From an uncultured Nitrospinaceae bacterium (GTDB taxonomy: Bacteria; UBA8248): a stretch of 64,000 bases of DNA. The stretch spans positions 164,697-228,696 of the forward strand of contig CAXFSR010000043.1 in NCBI GenBank assembly GCA_964005815.1, given 5' to 3'. The notes under the pieces were generated by a model. The model was not told the DNA's origin. It worked only from the letters and a program-made list of their open reading frames with translations, and ran no database searches. A program made the position numbers and the translations under genes. Below are positions 36,845-48,843 of this stretch, one piece after another. Every line of letters begins with the position of its first letter. Within the stretch, counting starts at the first letter, position 1.

Positions 36845-39109
36845 ATGAACCGAATAATATTTTCCTCTTTTATAATTTCATTGACTATAACCTGCACGTT
36901 ATCAACAATTCATGTTTTTGCTAGTTCACTCTCAAATATATCAGATCAAATTCAAAGTCCATATCAAAAAGAATTGCCAGAAAAAGACTATTCTTTAGCA
37001 TTTCTAAAAAATTCAAATTCTGCGACTGCTATATCCGCTGATAAAATTATAAACGATAAAATACGTCAAAGGGTAGTTGGTAAAGGTTTTGCCGACATAA
37101 GATTTTTAGGTCACCGTTTGCAAGCAGATCATATAGAAGTTCAAACCATAACCCATGATGGAGTTGCAACTGGAAACGTTGTTTTTCAAACCAAAAACGA
37201 CAGAATTTTAGGCAGTCGTGCTGAATTTAATTTAGATAGTGAAAAATTAACCATCTTCTCTGCACATGGCTATATTGCAGCTACCTATTATGTAAAAGCA
37301 AATGTAATCAGAAGACTATCTTACGATCATTACGAAGTGATTAATGGTTCATTTACTTCCTGTAAAGGTGATAACCCTGATTGGGCTTTAAAATCAAAAA
37401 AAACCAATTTCAGGATTGGTGGTTATGCTGAACTGAAGAATCCCAGACTAGAAGTTTCTGGGATTCCCATAATAGGATCGCCATGGGCGATAGTACCAAT
37501 AAAACAAAAAAGAGCCTCAGGGTTTCTTCCTCCCAAAATAGGATTAGGAAAGAAAAACGGGAATCAAATAGTCGCAGATTATTTCTGGGCAATAAATCGT
37601 TCTTCTGATGCTACTTTCGGTCTTGACTATATGTCAAAAAGAGGATTTCGTTGGAAAGGTGAATATAGATTTAAATCTAATGAAGTAACTTATGGTGAAA
37701 TACAAGGAAATTCTATTTATGCAAAATCTCCTCCCAAAAAAAATAAACCAACCAAACAGTTTTGGGATTTAAAAGGAAAATACAATACCTATTTGCCAGA
37801 GTATAGAGCAGAGATAGACGCAAAAATTGAAGAAGCCGGCAGACCTTATATAGATAGGTCTCTTGATACAAATTTACATGACAGAACTAGGCAGAGTACA
37901 AAGTCACATATCGATTTTCGTAGAGAATTTATCGACCTCCCCGGTAGACTAAAGCTTCGAAGTAGCAGGACAAGGGGCATTAACGAAAATGATGGTGATG
38001 TTTATGATGTTGCTCCAGAAGTAAGTGTTGAAATTGATAATTGGAAACTAGGTTCTAATGATTTATATATGAACCTAAAATCATCATTCCACAAACTTAG
38101 AAGAGTAGACTCTCCATCTACAATTTCTTTTGAAAGAATACACTTAAAACCTAGTCTATCTATTCCAACTAAACTCCTTCCTTCTCTTACTCTTACATCT
38201 GAATTTGGATTTCATGAAACATTCTGGACTCAACGAAAACTCGACTCTAGCATTGGAGGAAGTCCAACAAAAGAACAACAGCTTTCTTCCTCCATTTCAA
38301 GAGAAATGTGGTTCAGCGAATTTCACCTAAAGGGACCGAAATTCAGCAGAGTATTTGGTGCTAATATAGGGAAAATGAGAAAATTCAAACATACTATAGA
38401 ATTGGAGAGCAATTACAAATACTCTCCTTCGATGGATGCTAGAGACAGACAGCTAATTTTAGAACTAGATTCTATTGACTCTCTTGGAGACAAAAATACA
38501 ATTGATTACACATTAACAAACAGAATTCTCACAAAATACAAAACTGAACAAGGATTAGAAACAAGAGAACTACTAAAACTCTCTATCTCTCAACTATATA
38601 ATATCGACGAAAAAAGAAGAGACCAGAAACTTGATACGGATTCTAGACGTCCTGCAGGAGATATAGATATAGAGGCTAAATCTTCCATCATCAAGAAACT
38701 CAGCTTAATTCAAAAAGCCACTTACGCGCCGTACGAAAAAGAAATCAATAAATACTCTACAGCGATTAGGTATTCTATCGGAAGAAATGGATATTTATAT
38801 TTAGATAGGACATGGAAAAGACATAGGAATATTAAACCCGTAAGTACTGGAGAGAGTCATTTTAATCTTTCAGGAGGATTTTCATTCTTAAAAAATTGGT
38901 TTTTTGAACTCATAACGAGGGTAAACCGTTCAGACAAGAAAGTTCTTGAGAAAAAATTCATTCTAAGGCGCAAGTCATGTTGCTGGGATACAATAATAAC
39001 GGTCAGCGATCTTAGCGATAAAACTGAAGTTTTTGTCGGATTCAATTTACTTGGCGTAATCGAAGGTGAAAGGACTCCAACATTCAGAAAAGGTTGGGAG
39101 AAGAACTAG
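36845..39109 (+). CDS. lptD: LPS assembly protein LptD
   Basis: Signal peptide, OstA-like N domain, [23 protein letters not shown]-terminal SCCW. Confidence 0.85.
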   Translation: MNRIIFSSFIISLTITCTLSTIHVFASSLSNISDQIQSPYQKELPEKDYSLAFLKNSNSATAISADKIINDKIRQRVVGKGFADIRFLGHRLQADHIEVQTITHDGVATGNVVFQTKNDRILGSRAEFNLDSEKLTIFSAHGYIAATYYVKANVIRRLSYDHYEVINGSFTSCKGDNPDWALKSKKTNFRIGGYAELKNPRLEVSGIPIIGSPWAIVPIKQKRASGFLPPKIGLGKKNGNQIVADYFWAINRSSDATFGLDYMSKRGFRWKGEYRFKSNEVTYGEIQGNSIYAKSPPKKNKPTKQFWDLKGKYNTYLPEYRAEIDAKIEEAGRPYIDRSLDTNLHDRTRQSTKSHIDFRREFIDLPGRLKLRSSRTRGINENDGDVYDVAPEVSVEIDNWKLGSNDLYMNLKSSFHKLRRVDSPSTISFERIHLKPSLSIPTKLLPSLTLTSEFGFHETFWTQRKLDSSIGGSPTKEQQLSSSISREMWFSEFHLKGPKFSRVFGANIGKMRKFKHTIELESNYKYSPSMDARDRQLILELDSIDSLGDKNTIDYTLTNRILTKYKTEQGLETRELLKLSISQLYNIDEKRRDQKLDTDSRRPAGDIDIEAKSSIIKKLSLIQKATYAPYEKEINKYSTAIRYSIGRNGYLYLDRTWKRHRNIKPVSTGESHFNLSGGFSFLKNWFFELITRVNRSDKKVLEKKFILRRKSCCWDTIITVSDLSDKTEVFVGFNLLGVIEGERTPTFRKGWEKN

Positions 39110-39128
39110 AAAAAAAATTGAGGGAAAT

Positions 39129-40082
39129 ATGCCAATCAAAAGAGTCTTAGTTACTGGAGGAGCAGGTTTTATAGGCACACATCTTTGTATTTCTTTAATC
39201 AATTCAGGACATAAAGTAATTTGCTTAGACAATCTCATAACAAGCGAAGAAAATAGATTCCCCAAAAAACTAGATTCTCAATCAGATATGCTTAAATTTA
39301 TTAAGCATGACATTACACAAAGAATTGAAATAGAAGAAGATATAGATGAAATCTTTCATTTGGCTAGCCCAGCAAGCCCTATAGACTATCTAAAACTACC
39401 AATTGAAACTTTAAAAGTTGGTGCACTAGGGACACACAACACTCTTGGACTTGCAAAGAACAAAAAAGCTAAGTTCCTACTAGCTTCAACCTCTGAGGTC
39501 TATGGGGATCCAGAAGTTCATCCACAACCTGAATCTTACTGGGGCAATGTCAATCCTACTGGTCCTAGAGGGGTTTATGATGAGGCAAAAAGATTTGCAG
39601 AAGCAATCACTATTGCCTATCACAAAAAGCATAATGTCCCAATTCGCATTGCACGTATTTTTAATACTTATGGCCCAGGAATGAGATTTAATGATGGAAG
39701 GGCAATACCCGGATTTATCTATCAGACACTCTCAGGAAAACCTATTACTATCTATGGAGATGGAAAACAAACAAGAAGTTTTTGTTACATTTCTGATTTA
39801 ATTGAAGGTCTTAAGAACCTCATGGATTCAGATTTTACTGAACCTGTCAATCTAGGAAATCCAAAGGAGATGACTATAGAAACACTCGCTAGGACAATAT
39901 TAAATAAAATTGGAAGTAAGAGTGAAATCGTTTACAAAGAACTTCCTGAAGACGACCCTAAGATCAGACAGCCTGATATTACAAGAGCAAAAAATATTCT
40001 AAATTGGAACGCCAAAACATCTTTTGATACAGGTCTCGAAGAAACAATTAAAGACTTTAAAATTCGCTTGGGATTATCTTAA
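39129..40082 (+). CDS. UDP-glucuronate decarboxylase-like NAD-dependent epimerase/dehydratase
   Basis: [49 protein letters not shown]; start moved to ATG 39129. Confidence 0.92.
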   Translation: MPIKRVLVTGGAGFIGTHLCISLINSGHKVICLDNLITSEENRFPKKLDSQSDMLKFIKHDITQRIEIEEDIDEIFHLASPASPIDYLKLPIETLKVGALGTHNTLGLAKNKKAKFLLASTSEVYGDPEVHPQPESYWGNVNPTGPRGVYDEAKRFAEAITIAYHKKHNVPIRIARIFNTYGPGMRFNDGRAIPGFIYQTLSGKPITIYGDGKQTRSFCYISDLIEGLKNLMDSDFTEPVNLGNPKEMTIETLARTILNKIGSKSEIVYKELPEDDPKIRQPDITRAKNILNWNAKTSFDTGLEETIKDFKIRLGLS

Positions 40083-40256
40083 AAAGACAAAGGAATCATT
40101 TTCTGAAAATTAATTGTTATAAGATTATTAACTTGAAAATCAGTGCATAATTCGGCTACATTACAAGTATCTGGTTCTTTAATTTTTAATAATCTACATT
40201 TTCTGTTCACCGCCTTTTTCATAAACAGTTGCTTTTACCAAAAGAGTATCTCTTAA

Positions 40257-41735
40257 ATGAATTTTTTATTAGACCGATGGCATAATGGCGTAAAGCCCCG
40301 TGTATTAGTCATTGGAGATCTTATCTTAGATCGATATATTTGGGGGGAAATTGAAAGAATTTCTCCAGAAGCCCCCGTTCAAATTTTAACCTGGGAAAGA
40401 GAATCTTCGACTTTAGGAGGGGCCGCAAATGTTGCAAATAATCTCGCACAACTGGGATGCGAGGTCTATCTTTGTGGAATTTTGGGTCACGATACTGAAG
40501 GAGAGGAATTAATAGAAAAAGCAAAATCATTTAATATAAATACTTCTTTAATATTGAAAACAAAAAAATTTCGTACTATCACAAAATCGCGATTTATTTC
40601 AAAAAATCAACATGTACTTCGAGTAGACAAAGAAAACAACACTCATATTGATCTAGAAAAAAGATTTATTAATAAACTTTCGCCTTTTCTTAAAAAAACA
40701 AATGGAGTAATTTGTTCAGATTATTCTAAGGGAGTTTTCACAAAAGGACTTCTCCAATTTCTTTCCAAAACATGCAAAAAACACAGTATTAAAATAGTTG
40801 TTGACCCTAAGGGGAATAATTACAAAAAATATGAAGGAGTTACTGCGATTACACCCAATATATCCGAATTTTCGATTGCCGTCGGGAAAATATCTAAAAA
40901 AGAAAGTGACCTAGATCTAGAGGTTAAAAAGCTTCTAAAAAAAACAAATACTCAATACATCCTTCTCACTAGGGGAAAAGACGGCATGACTCTTTTTGAT
41001 AGAAAGGGTCGCGTTGGACATGAACCTGCTAATGCTAAAGAAATTTTTGATGTTACTGGCGCAGGTGATACAGCTACGGCTGTATTCACAATGGGCCTAC
41101 TGGGCTGTTCTACTTTAAAAGACACCTTATTTCTCAGTAACCTGTCAGCTGGAATTGTTGTAGGAAAAGTAGGCACATCTACTCTTACTGGAGAAGAGCT
41201 AAAAAAATCTGTTGGGAAAAACGAAATCTCTTTATCTAATAAAATAATTACAAAAGAAAAGATTACAACTGTAATTAACAAATTGAAATTGAAAGGAAAA
41301 AAAATAGTTTTTACTAATGGTTGTTTTGATATTTTACATTCTGGACATATTGAATATTTAGAAAGAGCAAGAGCACTTGGAGACATTTTAATTGTTGGAC
41401 TAAACAGTGATTCTTCTGTGAGAAGACTAAAAGGGAAAAGAAGACCTTTTAATATACAAAAAGAAAGAGAAAAAATGCTAGCTTCACTTTCATCGGTAAG
41501 TTTTGTTTCAACTTTCTATGAAAACACGCCTTTAAAACTTATCCAAAAAATCAAACCCGATATACTCACAAAAGGAGGAGATTATTCCTCTGAAGTGATA
41601 GTTGGAACCAAATTTGTAGAAGAAAATGGTGGCTATGTCCAGATATTACCTTATATCAAGGGTATTTCTACAACAAAAATAGTAGAAACGATTATTGAAA
41701 AACACACCTCTCCTAACTCTAAGAAGAAGAGATGA
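40257..41735 (+). CDS. hldE: Bifunctional heptose 7-phosphate kinase / heptose 1-phosphate adenylyltransferase
   Basis: RISPEAPV, GGAANVA, DVTGAGDT, FTNGCFDILHSGH, KGGDY. Confidence 0.95.
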   Translation: MNFLLDRWHNGVKPRVLVIGDLILDRYIWGEIERISPEAPVQILTWERESSTLGGAANVANNLAQLGCEVYLCGILGHDTEGEELIEKAKSFNINTSLILKTKKFRTITKSRFISKNQHVLRVDKENNTHIDLEKRFINKLSPFLKKTNGVICSDYSKGVFTKGLLQFLSKTCKKHSIKIVVDPKGNNYKKYEGVTAITPNISEFSIAVGKISKKESDLDLEVKKLLKKTNTQYILLTRGKDGMTLFDRKGRVGHEPANAKEIFDVTGAGDTATAVFTMGLLGCSTLKDTLFLSNLSAGIVVGKVGTSTLTGEELKKSVGKNEISLSNKIITKEKITTVINKLKLKGKKIVFTNGCFDILHSGHIEYLERARALGDILIVGLNSDSSVRRLKGKRRPFNIQKEREKMLASLSSVSFVSTFYENTPLKLIQKIKPDILTKGGDYSSEVIVGTKFVEENGGYVQILPYIKGISTTKIVETIIEKHTSPNSKKKR

Positions 41736-42739
41736 AAAGAAATAAAATTGTTATTACTGGCGCAGCTGGATTTATCGGTTCTCGACTAGCAAAAGAATTC
41801 ATTAAATCGGGACAAGAAGTAGTCCTTGTCGACAAACTCTCTCACTTTGAAACACGCTCACAAATATCTAGAATTTATCAAGACACAGAAAACACCAATA
41901 GAATCGATCGAAAAGATTTTAATTTTTGGCTCGTAGAAAATCAATCCTCCTGCAAGTACATCTTTCATCTTGGAGCGTGCACAAATACATATGAAATGAA
42001 TAAAGAGTATCTACTCGAAATGAACACTCATTACTCAATGAATTTATGGAAAATTGCCGCTCAAAATAAAATTCCATTTATATATGCAAGTAGTGCTGCG
42101 ATATATGGAAATGGAGAGGAAGGATATGATGACAGAATCTCTCCAAACGTTTTCAAACCTTTAAATCCATATGGACTTTCTAAACAACTTTTTGACAACT
42201 GGGTTTTAAATCACAGCGAAGCGGACAGACCACCTATATGGGCTGGATTTCGTTTTTTTAATGTTTATGGATTTGGAGAAAAACATAAAGGCAAAATGTC
42301 CAGTGTTTTCCGTCATGCTTTTGATCAAATCTATGAGAGCGGAAAACTAAAACTTTTCCGTTCTCATAGATTTGACATAGAAGACGGTCTGCAGAAAAGG
42401 GATTTCATCCTAGTAGACGATATTATATCTCTCCTTTTGGGATTAACAATTAAAAGTATTCCAAATGGAATTTATAATCTAGGCACAGGACATGCCAAGT
42501 CTTTTATAGAATTAGCAAACTCTGTTTTCCGTGTTATGGGCAAGAAAAAGAACATTGAATTTATTGATACTCCATTAGAAATCCGAAAAAATTATCAATA
42601 TTTCACTGAAGCAAACATGGAAAAACTTAGGTCTGTAGGTTTTAAAAATGAATTCACCTCATTAGAAAAAGGCTCGGAAATTTATTGGAACAAAGCTGAA
42701 AATGAATTTTCACTTTCGCCAATAACACAAAGAGGTTAG
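41732..42739 (+). CDS. hldD: ADP-L-glycero-D-manno-heptose 6-epimerase
   Basis: GAAGFIG, YASSAAIYG, PLNPYGLSK, FFNVYG..E.HKGKM.S, YQYFTEA. Confidence 0.93.
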   Translation: MKRNKIVITGAAGFIGSRLAKEFIKSGQEVVLVDKLSHFETRSQISRIYQDTENTNRIDRKDFNFWLVENQSSCKYIFHLGACTNTYEMNKEYLLEMNTHYSMNLWKIAAQNKIPFIYASSAAIYGNGEEGYDDRISPNVFKPLNPYGLSKQLFDNWVLNHSEADRPPIWAGFRFFNVYGFGEKHKGKMSSVFRHAFDQIYESGKLKLFRSHRFDIEDGLQKRDFILVDDIISLLLGLTIKSIPNGIYNLGTGHAKSFIELANSVFRVMGKKKNIEFIDTPLEIRKNYQYFTEANMEKLRSVGFKNEFTSLEKGSEIYWNKAENEFSLSPITQRG

Positions 42740-42751
42740 ATCAAAAACAAA

Positions 42752-43543
42752 ATGCAAATTTCTTTATTAGGAAGTGGAAGCAGAGGCAATTCAACATTAA
42801 TGAAATACGATAATTTCGCATTTTTAATTGATGCTGGATTAAGTGGTAAACAAATCATAGAACGGCTCTCGACACATAATATTAGCCCTACAGATTTAAG
42901 CGGCATAATAGTTACGCATGAACATATCGATCATATTAAAAGTGCAGGATCTCTTGCAAGAAAATGGAATCTGCCAATTTGGACAAATAGAGGAACGATT
43001 GAAAATGGAAAGAAATATTTAGATGGTATACCTGAATATAACGAGATAGAAGTAGGGAAATCATTCACAATTTGCGGTCTAAGAGCTGATCCTTTTACTG
43101 TCCCACATGATGCTGCGGATCCATTTGGACTGATTTTTACCTCAGAAAATGGATATCGCATAGGATTTGCAACAGACATGGGTTTTGCTACACGTTTAGC
43201 AAATGAAAAATTGGGTGGATTACAAGGTCTGGTTTTAGAATTCAACCATGATTCAGGAATGCTCTTAAATGGACAATACCCATGGAAGGTGAAACAAAGA
43301 ATTAAAAGTAAATTGGGTCACTTAAACAATGAAGATGCCGGTATTCTATTACAGAAAATTGGGGGTCCAGAATTGGAATGGGTAGTGTGTGCTCATATAA
43401 GTAAAGAGAACAATTCAGAATCTCTTATTATGAAAAACGTCAACAAAGCCCTTCAAAAGAAATGTGAAAAAGACATTAAACCTCAGACAAAAGTCTGTAT
43501 CGCATCTCAAGAAAAACCAACTGAATTATTGGGATTTATTTGA
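42752..43543 (+). CDS. MBL-fold metallo-hydrolase (WalJ/YycJ-like)
   Basis: SGSRGNS, THEHIDH, HDAADP, EFNHD, GHLNN. Confidence 0.88.
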   Translation: MQISLLGSGSRGNSTLMKYDNFAFLIDAGLSGKQIIERLSTHNISPTDLSGIIVTHEHIDHIKSAGSLARKWNLPIWTNRGTIENGKKYLDGIPEYNEIEVGKSFTICGLRADPFTVPHDAADPFGLIFTSENGYRIGFATDMGFATRLANEKLGGLQGLVLEFNHDSGMLLNGQYPWKVKQRIKSKLGHLNNEDAGILLQKIGGPELEWVVCAHISKENNSESLIMKNVNKALQKKCEKDIKPQTKVCIASQEKPTELLGFI

Positions 43544-43562
43544 TATACGGAAGGAGGAAGAA

Positions 43563-44861
43563 TTGATAAACAGATACTCTAGACCAGAGATGAAAGAAAT
43601 TTGGGAAGAGAAGATGAAACTTCAATGTATGTTAGAAGTTGAAATCGCAGTCTGCGAACAATTAGGTGCTGAAGGGAAAATTCCTGAAGCAGCTTTAAAA
43701 AAAATTAAAGATAAAGCTAATTTCGATCCAGAAAGAATTCGAGAAATTGAAAAAACGACTAAGCACGACGTAATAGCATTTCTAACAAATGTTGCAGAAT
43801 ATGTCGGTAAAGAATCTTGTTATATCCATTTAGGTTTGACAAGCAGTGATGTTTTAGACACTGGGTTGGCATTACAACTTACTAAAACTGTTTCCATACT
43901 TAACAATGATATCAAAAAATTGAAGTCCACTTTAAAGAAAAGAGCCGTAGAACACAAAAATACACTAATCACTGGAAGAACTCATGGCATGCAAGCAGAA
44001 CCAACTACCTTGGGGCATAAACTTGCAATTTGGTATGGAGAATTTGATAGAGCACAAAAGAGGATGGAAAGAATAAAAGAAATAATCGGTGTTGGTAAAA
44101 TTTCTGGCGCGGTTGGTGTAAACCCGCATATATCGCCTCAAACAGAGGAAGAAATATGTCTAAAACTTGGTCTAAAAGCGGCACCAGCAAGTAGCCAAAT
44201 CATACAGAGAGATCGACATGCAGATTTCCTTTTAATGCTTGCTTTAACAGCTTCTAGTATTTCAAAAGTTGCTACTGAAGTTAGGCATTTACAAAGAAGC
44301 GAAGTTGGTGAAGCAGAAGAATTTTTCAGTAAAGGTCAAAAAGGTAGTTCTGCTATGCCTCATAAAAGAAATCCTGTTGTATCAGAACAGCTTTGCGGTT
44401 TAGCAAGAATTATCCAGTCCAATGCTTCAGCAGCATTACAAAATGTCTCACTTTGGCATGAAAGAGATATAAGTCACTCATCTGTAGAAAGAGTCATCTT
44501 GCCTGACAGTTCAATTTTGTTAAATTACATGTTAAACAAACTCAATGAAGTTATAAAAAACTGGGTTATTTATGATGAAAAAATGAAAGAAAACTACGAG
44601 AAATCAAATGGTCTTCTCATGAGCGAACATGTAATGCTTGCGCTAATAAGAAAATCAAAAATGACCAGAGAAGAAGCCTATGGCATTGTTCAAAAATCTG
44701 CTATGAAAGTTTTTCATGATGGAGATAATTTTATCGATCTACTAAAAAATGACCCAAAGATAAACGCAGTTTTGACAACGGAAGAACTTCAAGATTGTTT
44801 CAATCTAGATGCTCATTTTAAAAATATTGAAAATATCTTTAAACGTGTTTTTGATAATTAA
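43563..44861 (+). CDS. purB: Adenylosuccinate lyase
   Basis: INRYSRPEM, HDVIAF, GRTHG, SSAMPHKRNP; start moved to TTG 43563 after AGGAGG. Confidence 0.96.
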   Translation: MINRYSRPEMKEIWEEKMKLQCMLEVEIAVCEQLGAEGKIPEAALKKIKDKANFDPERIREIEKTTKHDVIAFLTNVAEYVGKESCYIHLGLTSSDVLDTGLALQLTKTVSILNNDIKKLKSTLKKRAVEHKNTLITGRTHGMQAEPTTLGHKLAIWYGEFDRAQKRMERIKEIIGVGKISGAVGVNPHISPQTEEEICLKLGLKAAPASSQIIQRDRHADFLLMLALTASSISKVATEVRHLQRSEVGEAEEFFSKGQKGSSAMPHKRNPVVSEQLCGLARIIQSNASAALQNVSLWHERDISHSSVERVILPDSSILLNYMLNKLNEVIKNWVIYDEKMKENYEKSNGLLMSEHVMLALIRKSKMTREEAYGIVQKSAMKVFHDGDNFIDLLKNDPKINAVLTTEELQDCFNLDAHFKNIENIFKRVFDN

Positions 44862-44901
44862 GATTTTTAAAAAAAAGAACTTTTAAAAGAAAGGTCAAAA
44901 G

Positions 44902-45615
44902 ATGGAAAAAAAAGAACAACTATATGAAGGAAAAGCAAAAATAATCTATCAAACTGAAGATGAAAGTAAATACATAGCATTTTTCAAGGATGATGCTACG
45001 GCTTTTAATGGCAAAAAGAGTGGAACAATTGATTCAAAAGGAATATTTAACAATAAGATTTCCTCGAAGATTTTTGAAGAAATTGGCAAGAAAGGAATTC
45101 CGACACATTACTTAGAAACACTTTCTGACAGAGAAATGTTGGTCAAAAGGGTAGAAATTATATTGGTAGAAGTAGTAATTAGGAATATCGTTGCAGGTAG
45201 TATGGCAAGAAGAATGGGTGTTGAAGAAGGAATGCCGCTGCCTAATACAATTATAGATCTGCACTATAAAGATGATGACTTAGACGACCCTTTAATAAAT
45301 GAAGACACTGCAATAGGATTCAATCTTGCCACAAAAGAAGAATTGGAGACCATGAGAGAATATGCTCTAGAAATAAATACTTTTCTAAAAGATTTTTTCT
45401 CAAGTAAAAATATTGATCTTGTAGATTTCAAACTTGAATTCGGTCGCTGCCCAAGTGAAAACAATAAAATAATTTTAGCTGATGAAATTACCCCTGATAG
45501 TTGTAGGTTCTGGGAAAAAGGTACAGGCAGAAAAATAGACAAAGATCGTTTCCGACATGACCTTGGAAATATAGAAGACGCTTACGCGGAAATAGAGAAA
45601 CTCGTTTTTGAGTAA
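44902..45615 (+). CDS. purC: SAICAR synthetase
   Basis: LYEGKAK, KDDATAFNG, VDFKLEFG, ADEITPDSCRFW, DKDRFR. Confidence 0.97.
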   Translation: MEKKEQLYEGKAKIIYQTEDESKYIAFFKDDATAFNGKKSGTIDSKGIFNNKISSKIFEEIGKKGIPTHYLETLSDREMLVKRVEIILVEVVIRNIVAGSMARRMGVEEGMPLPNTIIDLHYKDDDLDDPLINEDTAIGFNLATKEELETMREYALEINTFLKDFFSSKNIDLVDFKLEFGRCPSENNKIILADEITPDSCRFWEKGTGRKIDKDRFRHDLGNIEDAYAEIEKLVFE

Positions 45616-45635
45616 ATTCCACTATTGAGGATTCA

Positions 45636-45884
45636 ATGAAAAAGGCACGTGTACACGTTACATACAAAAAAGGAGTACTAGACCCTGAAGGTGAGACTGT
45701 AATGCACTCTCTTTCGTCTTTGGGATTCCAAGGTGTAGAAGATGTACGAATTGGAAAATATATAGAAATAGACTTCTCTTCTAAAGAGAACAGCCAAAAT
45801 GATATTAAAAATATTCAGAAAATGTGTGATGAACTATTAGTGAATCTTGTAATAGAAGATTATGAAATAGAAATTAGCGAGTAA
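45636..45884 (+). CDS. purS: FGAM synthase subunit PurS
   Basis: KKGVLDPEG, VRIGKYIE, LLVNLVIEDY. Confidence 0.95.
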   Translation: MKKARVHVTYKKGVLDPEGETVMHSLSSLGFQGVEDVRIGKYIEIDFSSKENSQNDIKNIQKMCDELLVNLVIEDYEIEISE

Positions 45885-45910
45885 CATAAAGAATAATACC
45901 GAGGGTTTTT

Positions 45911-46603
45911 ATGTCTTTTGCTGTTATTGTTTTTCCAGGGTCAAATTGCGATCATGACTGTTTTCATGCAATTAGCAAACTTTTAAAGAAGCCGGTTCGA
46001 TACGTCTGGCATAGAGATACTTCTCTAGAAAAAAATGAAGTAGTTATTATCCCTGGTGGTTTTAGCTACGGCGACTATCTTAGAGCAGGAGCTATAGCGA
46101 AAACCTCTCCTATAATGAAAGGTATTAAAAAACACGCTGAAGAAGGAAGACCGGTTATAGGAATTTGCAATGGTTTTCAGATTTTAACTGAGTCAGACTT
46201 GTTGCCTGGAACACTTATTCGAAATAATTCTTTGAAATTTATATGTAAAAATGTATGGATAAGATGCGAAAGCACTCAATCGATTTTCACAAAAGAATTA
46301 CATTCAAGAGAAGTACTTCAAATGCCTATTGCCCATGGTGAAGGAAATTTTTTCTGTAAAGAAGATATCCTAAAAGAACTAGAAAATAATCAACAAATTA
46401 TTTTCAGATACAGCAACCCAAAAGGCTCAATCATTGAATCTTCAAATCCAAACGGTTCTTTAAAAAATATTGCAGGAATATCAAACAAAAAAGGCAACGT
46501 TGTAGGTTTAATGCCTCATCCAGAAAGAGCTTGTGAACCCATTTTAGGAGGAAAGGACGGATTGAAAATTTTCAATTCTGCCCTTTCCTATTCAACAAAA
46601 TGA
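45911..46603 (+). CDS. purQ: FGAM synthase glutaminase subunit PurQ
   Basis: [33 protein letters not shown]. Confidence 0.97.
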   Translation: MSFAVIVFPGSNCDHDCFHAISKLLKKPVRYVWHRDTSLEKNEVVIIPGGFSYGDYLRAGAIAKTSPIMKGIKKHAEEGRPVIGICNGFQILTESDLLPGTLIRNNSLKFICKNVWIRCESTQSIFTKELHSREVLQMPIAHGEGNFFCKEDILKELENNQQIIFRYSNPKGSIIESSNPNGSLKNIAGISNKKGNVVGLMPHPERACEPILGGKDGLKIFNSALSYSTK

Positions 46604-48843
46604 ATATAGAAATTAACGAGCCAAAAATTACAATTGAAACAGCACTAGAACATGGGATTTCTTCAGATGAATGGGAGAAAATAAAAATCCATTTAGGAAG
46701 GACCCCAAACTTTACTGAACTAGGAATTTTCTCTGCTATGTGGAATGAGCACTGTTCCTACAAGAGCAGCAAAATTCATCTCAAAAGATTCCCTACAAAA
46801 AGCGACCGTGTTCTTCAGGGTCCTGGTGAAAATGCAGGTGTAATTGATTTAGGAGACAATATTGGGGTTGCTTTCAAAATGGAAAGTCATAATCACCCCT
46901 CCTACATTGAACCATTTCAAGGTGCTGCAACTGGAGTTGGTGGTATCCTAAGGGACATTTTCACAATGGGCGCACGTCCTATAGTTCTTCTAGATAGTCT
47001 CCACTTTGGAGATATAAACCATGAAAAAACAAAATTTCTATCCAGTTCGGTTGTGTCTGGGATATCTTCCTATGGCAACTGTATTGGAGTGCCAACAATA
47101 GGAGGGGAAACAAAATTTCATTCCTCTTACAACGGAAATATCCTAGTCAATGTTATGTGTGCAGGATTACTTCCTTGCGACAAAATCTTCAGAGGTAATG
47201 CATCAGGATTAGGCAATCCTATAATATATGTAGGAGCTAAAACTGGCAGAGATGGTATCCACGGAGCATCTATGGCTTCTTCAGGGTTTGAAGATTCAAC
47301 AACTGAACAACGACCTACTGTACAAGTAGGAGATCCCTTTAAAGAGAAATTACTACTAGAAGCTTGCTTAGAGTTAATGAACTCAGACGCAATAATTGGA
47401 ATACAAGATATGGGTGCTGCCGGACTTACTTCTTCCTCTGTAGAAATGGCTAGTCGTTCGGGAACAGGCATCTTACTAGAACTGGATGGAGTTCCATGTA
47501 GAGAGATTGGAATGAATCCATATGAAATGATGTTATCTGAGAGTCAAGAAAGAATGTTATTAGTTGCAAAAAAAGGGAAAGAAAAAGTAGTACATGACAT
47601 TTTTAAAAAATGGGACCTAGAAACCCAAATAATTGGTCAAGTAACGGATGATCAAAGACTGAAGATCATTTTTGACAATCAAGAAGTAACAAATCTCCCT
47701 ATTGATTTTCTTACAGATGAAGCGCCAATCTACAACAGAGAAATGTCAAAAACAAAAGTTCTCGAACCAGCTGATCCTATTGACAAATTAGACGAAAATG
47801 AGAGTGCAGAAAAATCACTACTTGCTCTACTTAGCCATCCAAATCATGGGGATAAAAAACCGATTTGGGAACAATATGACCACATGGTTCAAACGAATAC
47901 TGTAATCAAACCTGGAGAGGATGCGTCAGTAACTAGAATCAAAGGTTCAAAAAAAGCTTTAGCGTTCACTGTAGATTCTAATGCTAGATACTGCAAATTA
48001 AATCCTTATAATGGAGCACTTTACACAATAATAGAATCAGCAAGAAATCTTTCATGTAAAGGCGCAGAACCCATAGCTTTAACAAATTGTTTGAATTTCG
48101 GAAATCCAGAGAATCCAGAAATAATGAGAGAATTTTCAAATGTTGTAGATGGAATGTCTAAAGCATGTAGAGAATTGGAAATTCCAGTGGTTAGCGGTAA
48201 CGTCAGCCTATACAATGAAACCCACGGAAATGACATCTACCCTACTCCTGTAATCGGCATGGTAGGCTTAATAGAAAATCATTTGCTTACAGTGCCTCAG
48301 GGATTTCGTAACTTGGACGATAAAATTTTTCTTCTTAGCCCTAAGGATGAAATTCCGCTTCCTAATAATACTCCACATGAATTAGCATGGATCAAAACGG
48401 GATATGAAGGCGGAGTTCCTCCTATTTCCAACATATCATCTGCAAGAAGTGTAAATACTGTCTGCCGTGAAGCAGTTATAAATAAAGTAATCAATTCTTC
48501 ACATGATCTCGGGGAAGGCGGTCTTGCAGTAGCTTTAGCAGAGTCTTCTATTTCATCTTCTTCTTCATCTTTAGGGTCGATAATAAGATTACCAAAAAGT
48601 TGTACTGGAAGAATAGATTCGATCCTTTTTGGAGAAACATGTTCTCGGATAATTGTTTCTTTAGATTCAAAAAATGTTTCCAAGTTACATAAAATTGCAG
48701 AAGAGAATGAGGTTCTCACAACTGAAATAGGGATTGTTGGTGAAAAATATACTATTTATTCAGATGGAAATTCTCCTTTAATTGATTTTGAAATTGAAAA
48801 AATAGCTCACGTATGGGAAAACTCTTTAAAAGGATTCTTTTAA
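46600..48843 (+). CDS. purL: FGAM synthase subunit PurL
   Basis: [33 protein letters not shown]. Confidence 0.97.
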   Translation: MNIEINEPKITIETALEHGISSDEWEKIKIHLGRTPNFTELGIFSAMWNEHCSYKSSKIHLKRFPTKSDRVLQGPGENAGVIDLGDNIGVAFKMESHNHPSYIEPFQGAATGVGGILRDIFTMGARPIVLLDSLHFGDINHEKTKFLSSSVVSGISSYGNCIGVPTIGGETKFHSSYNGNILVNVMCAGLLPCDKIFRGNASGLGNPIIYVGAKTGRDGIHGASMASSGFEDSTTEQRPTVQVGDPFKEKLLLEACLELMNSDAIIGIQDMGAAGLTSSSVEMASRSGTGILLELDGVPCREIGMNPYEMMLSESQERMLLVAKKGKEKVVHDIFKKWDLETQIIGQVTDDQRLKIIFDNQEVTNLPIDFLTDEAPIYNREMSKTKVLEPADPIDKLDENESAEKSLLALLSHPNHGDKKPIWEQYDHMVQTNTVIKPGEDASVTRIKGSKKALAFTVDSNARYCKLNPYNGALYTIIESARNLSCKGAEPIALTNCLNFGNPENPEIMREFSNVVDGMSKACRELEIPVVSGNVSLYNETHGNDIYPTPVIGMVGLIENHLLTVPQGFRNLDDKIFLLSPKDEIPLPNNTPHELAWIKTGYEGGVPPISNISSARSVNTVCREAVINKVINSSHDLGEGGLAVALAESSISSSSSSLGSIIRLPKSCTGRIDSILFGETCSRIIVSLDSKNVSKLHKIAEENEVLTTEIGIVGEKYTIYSDGNSPLIDFEIEKIAHVWENSLKGFF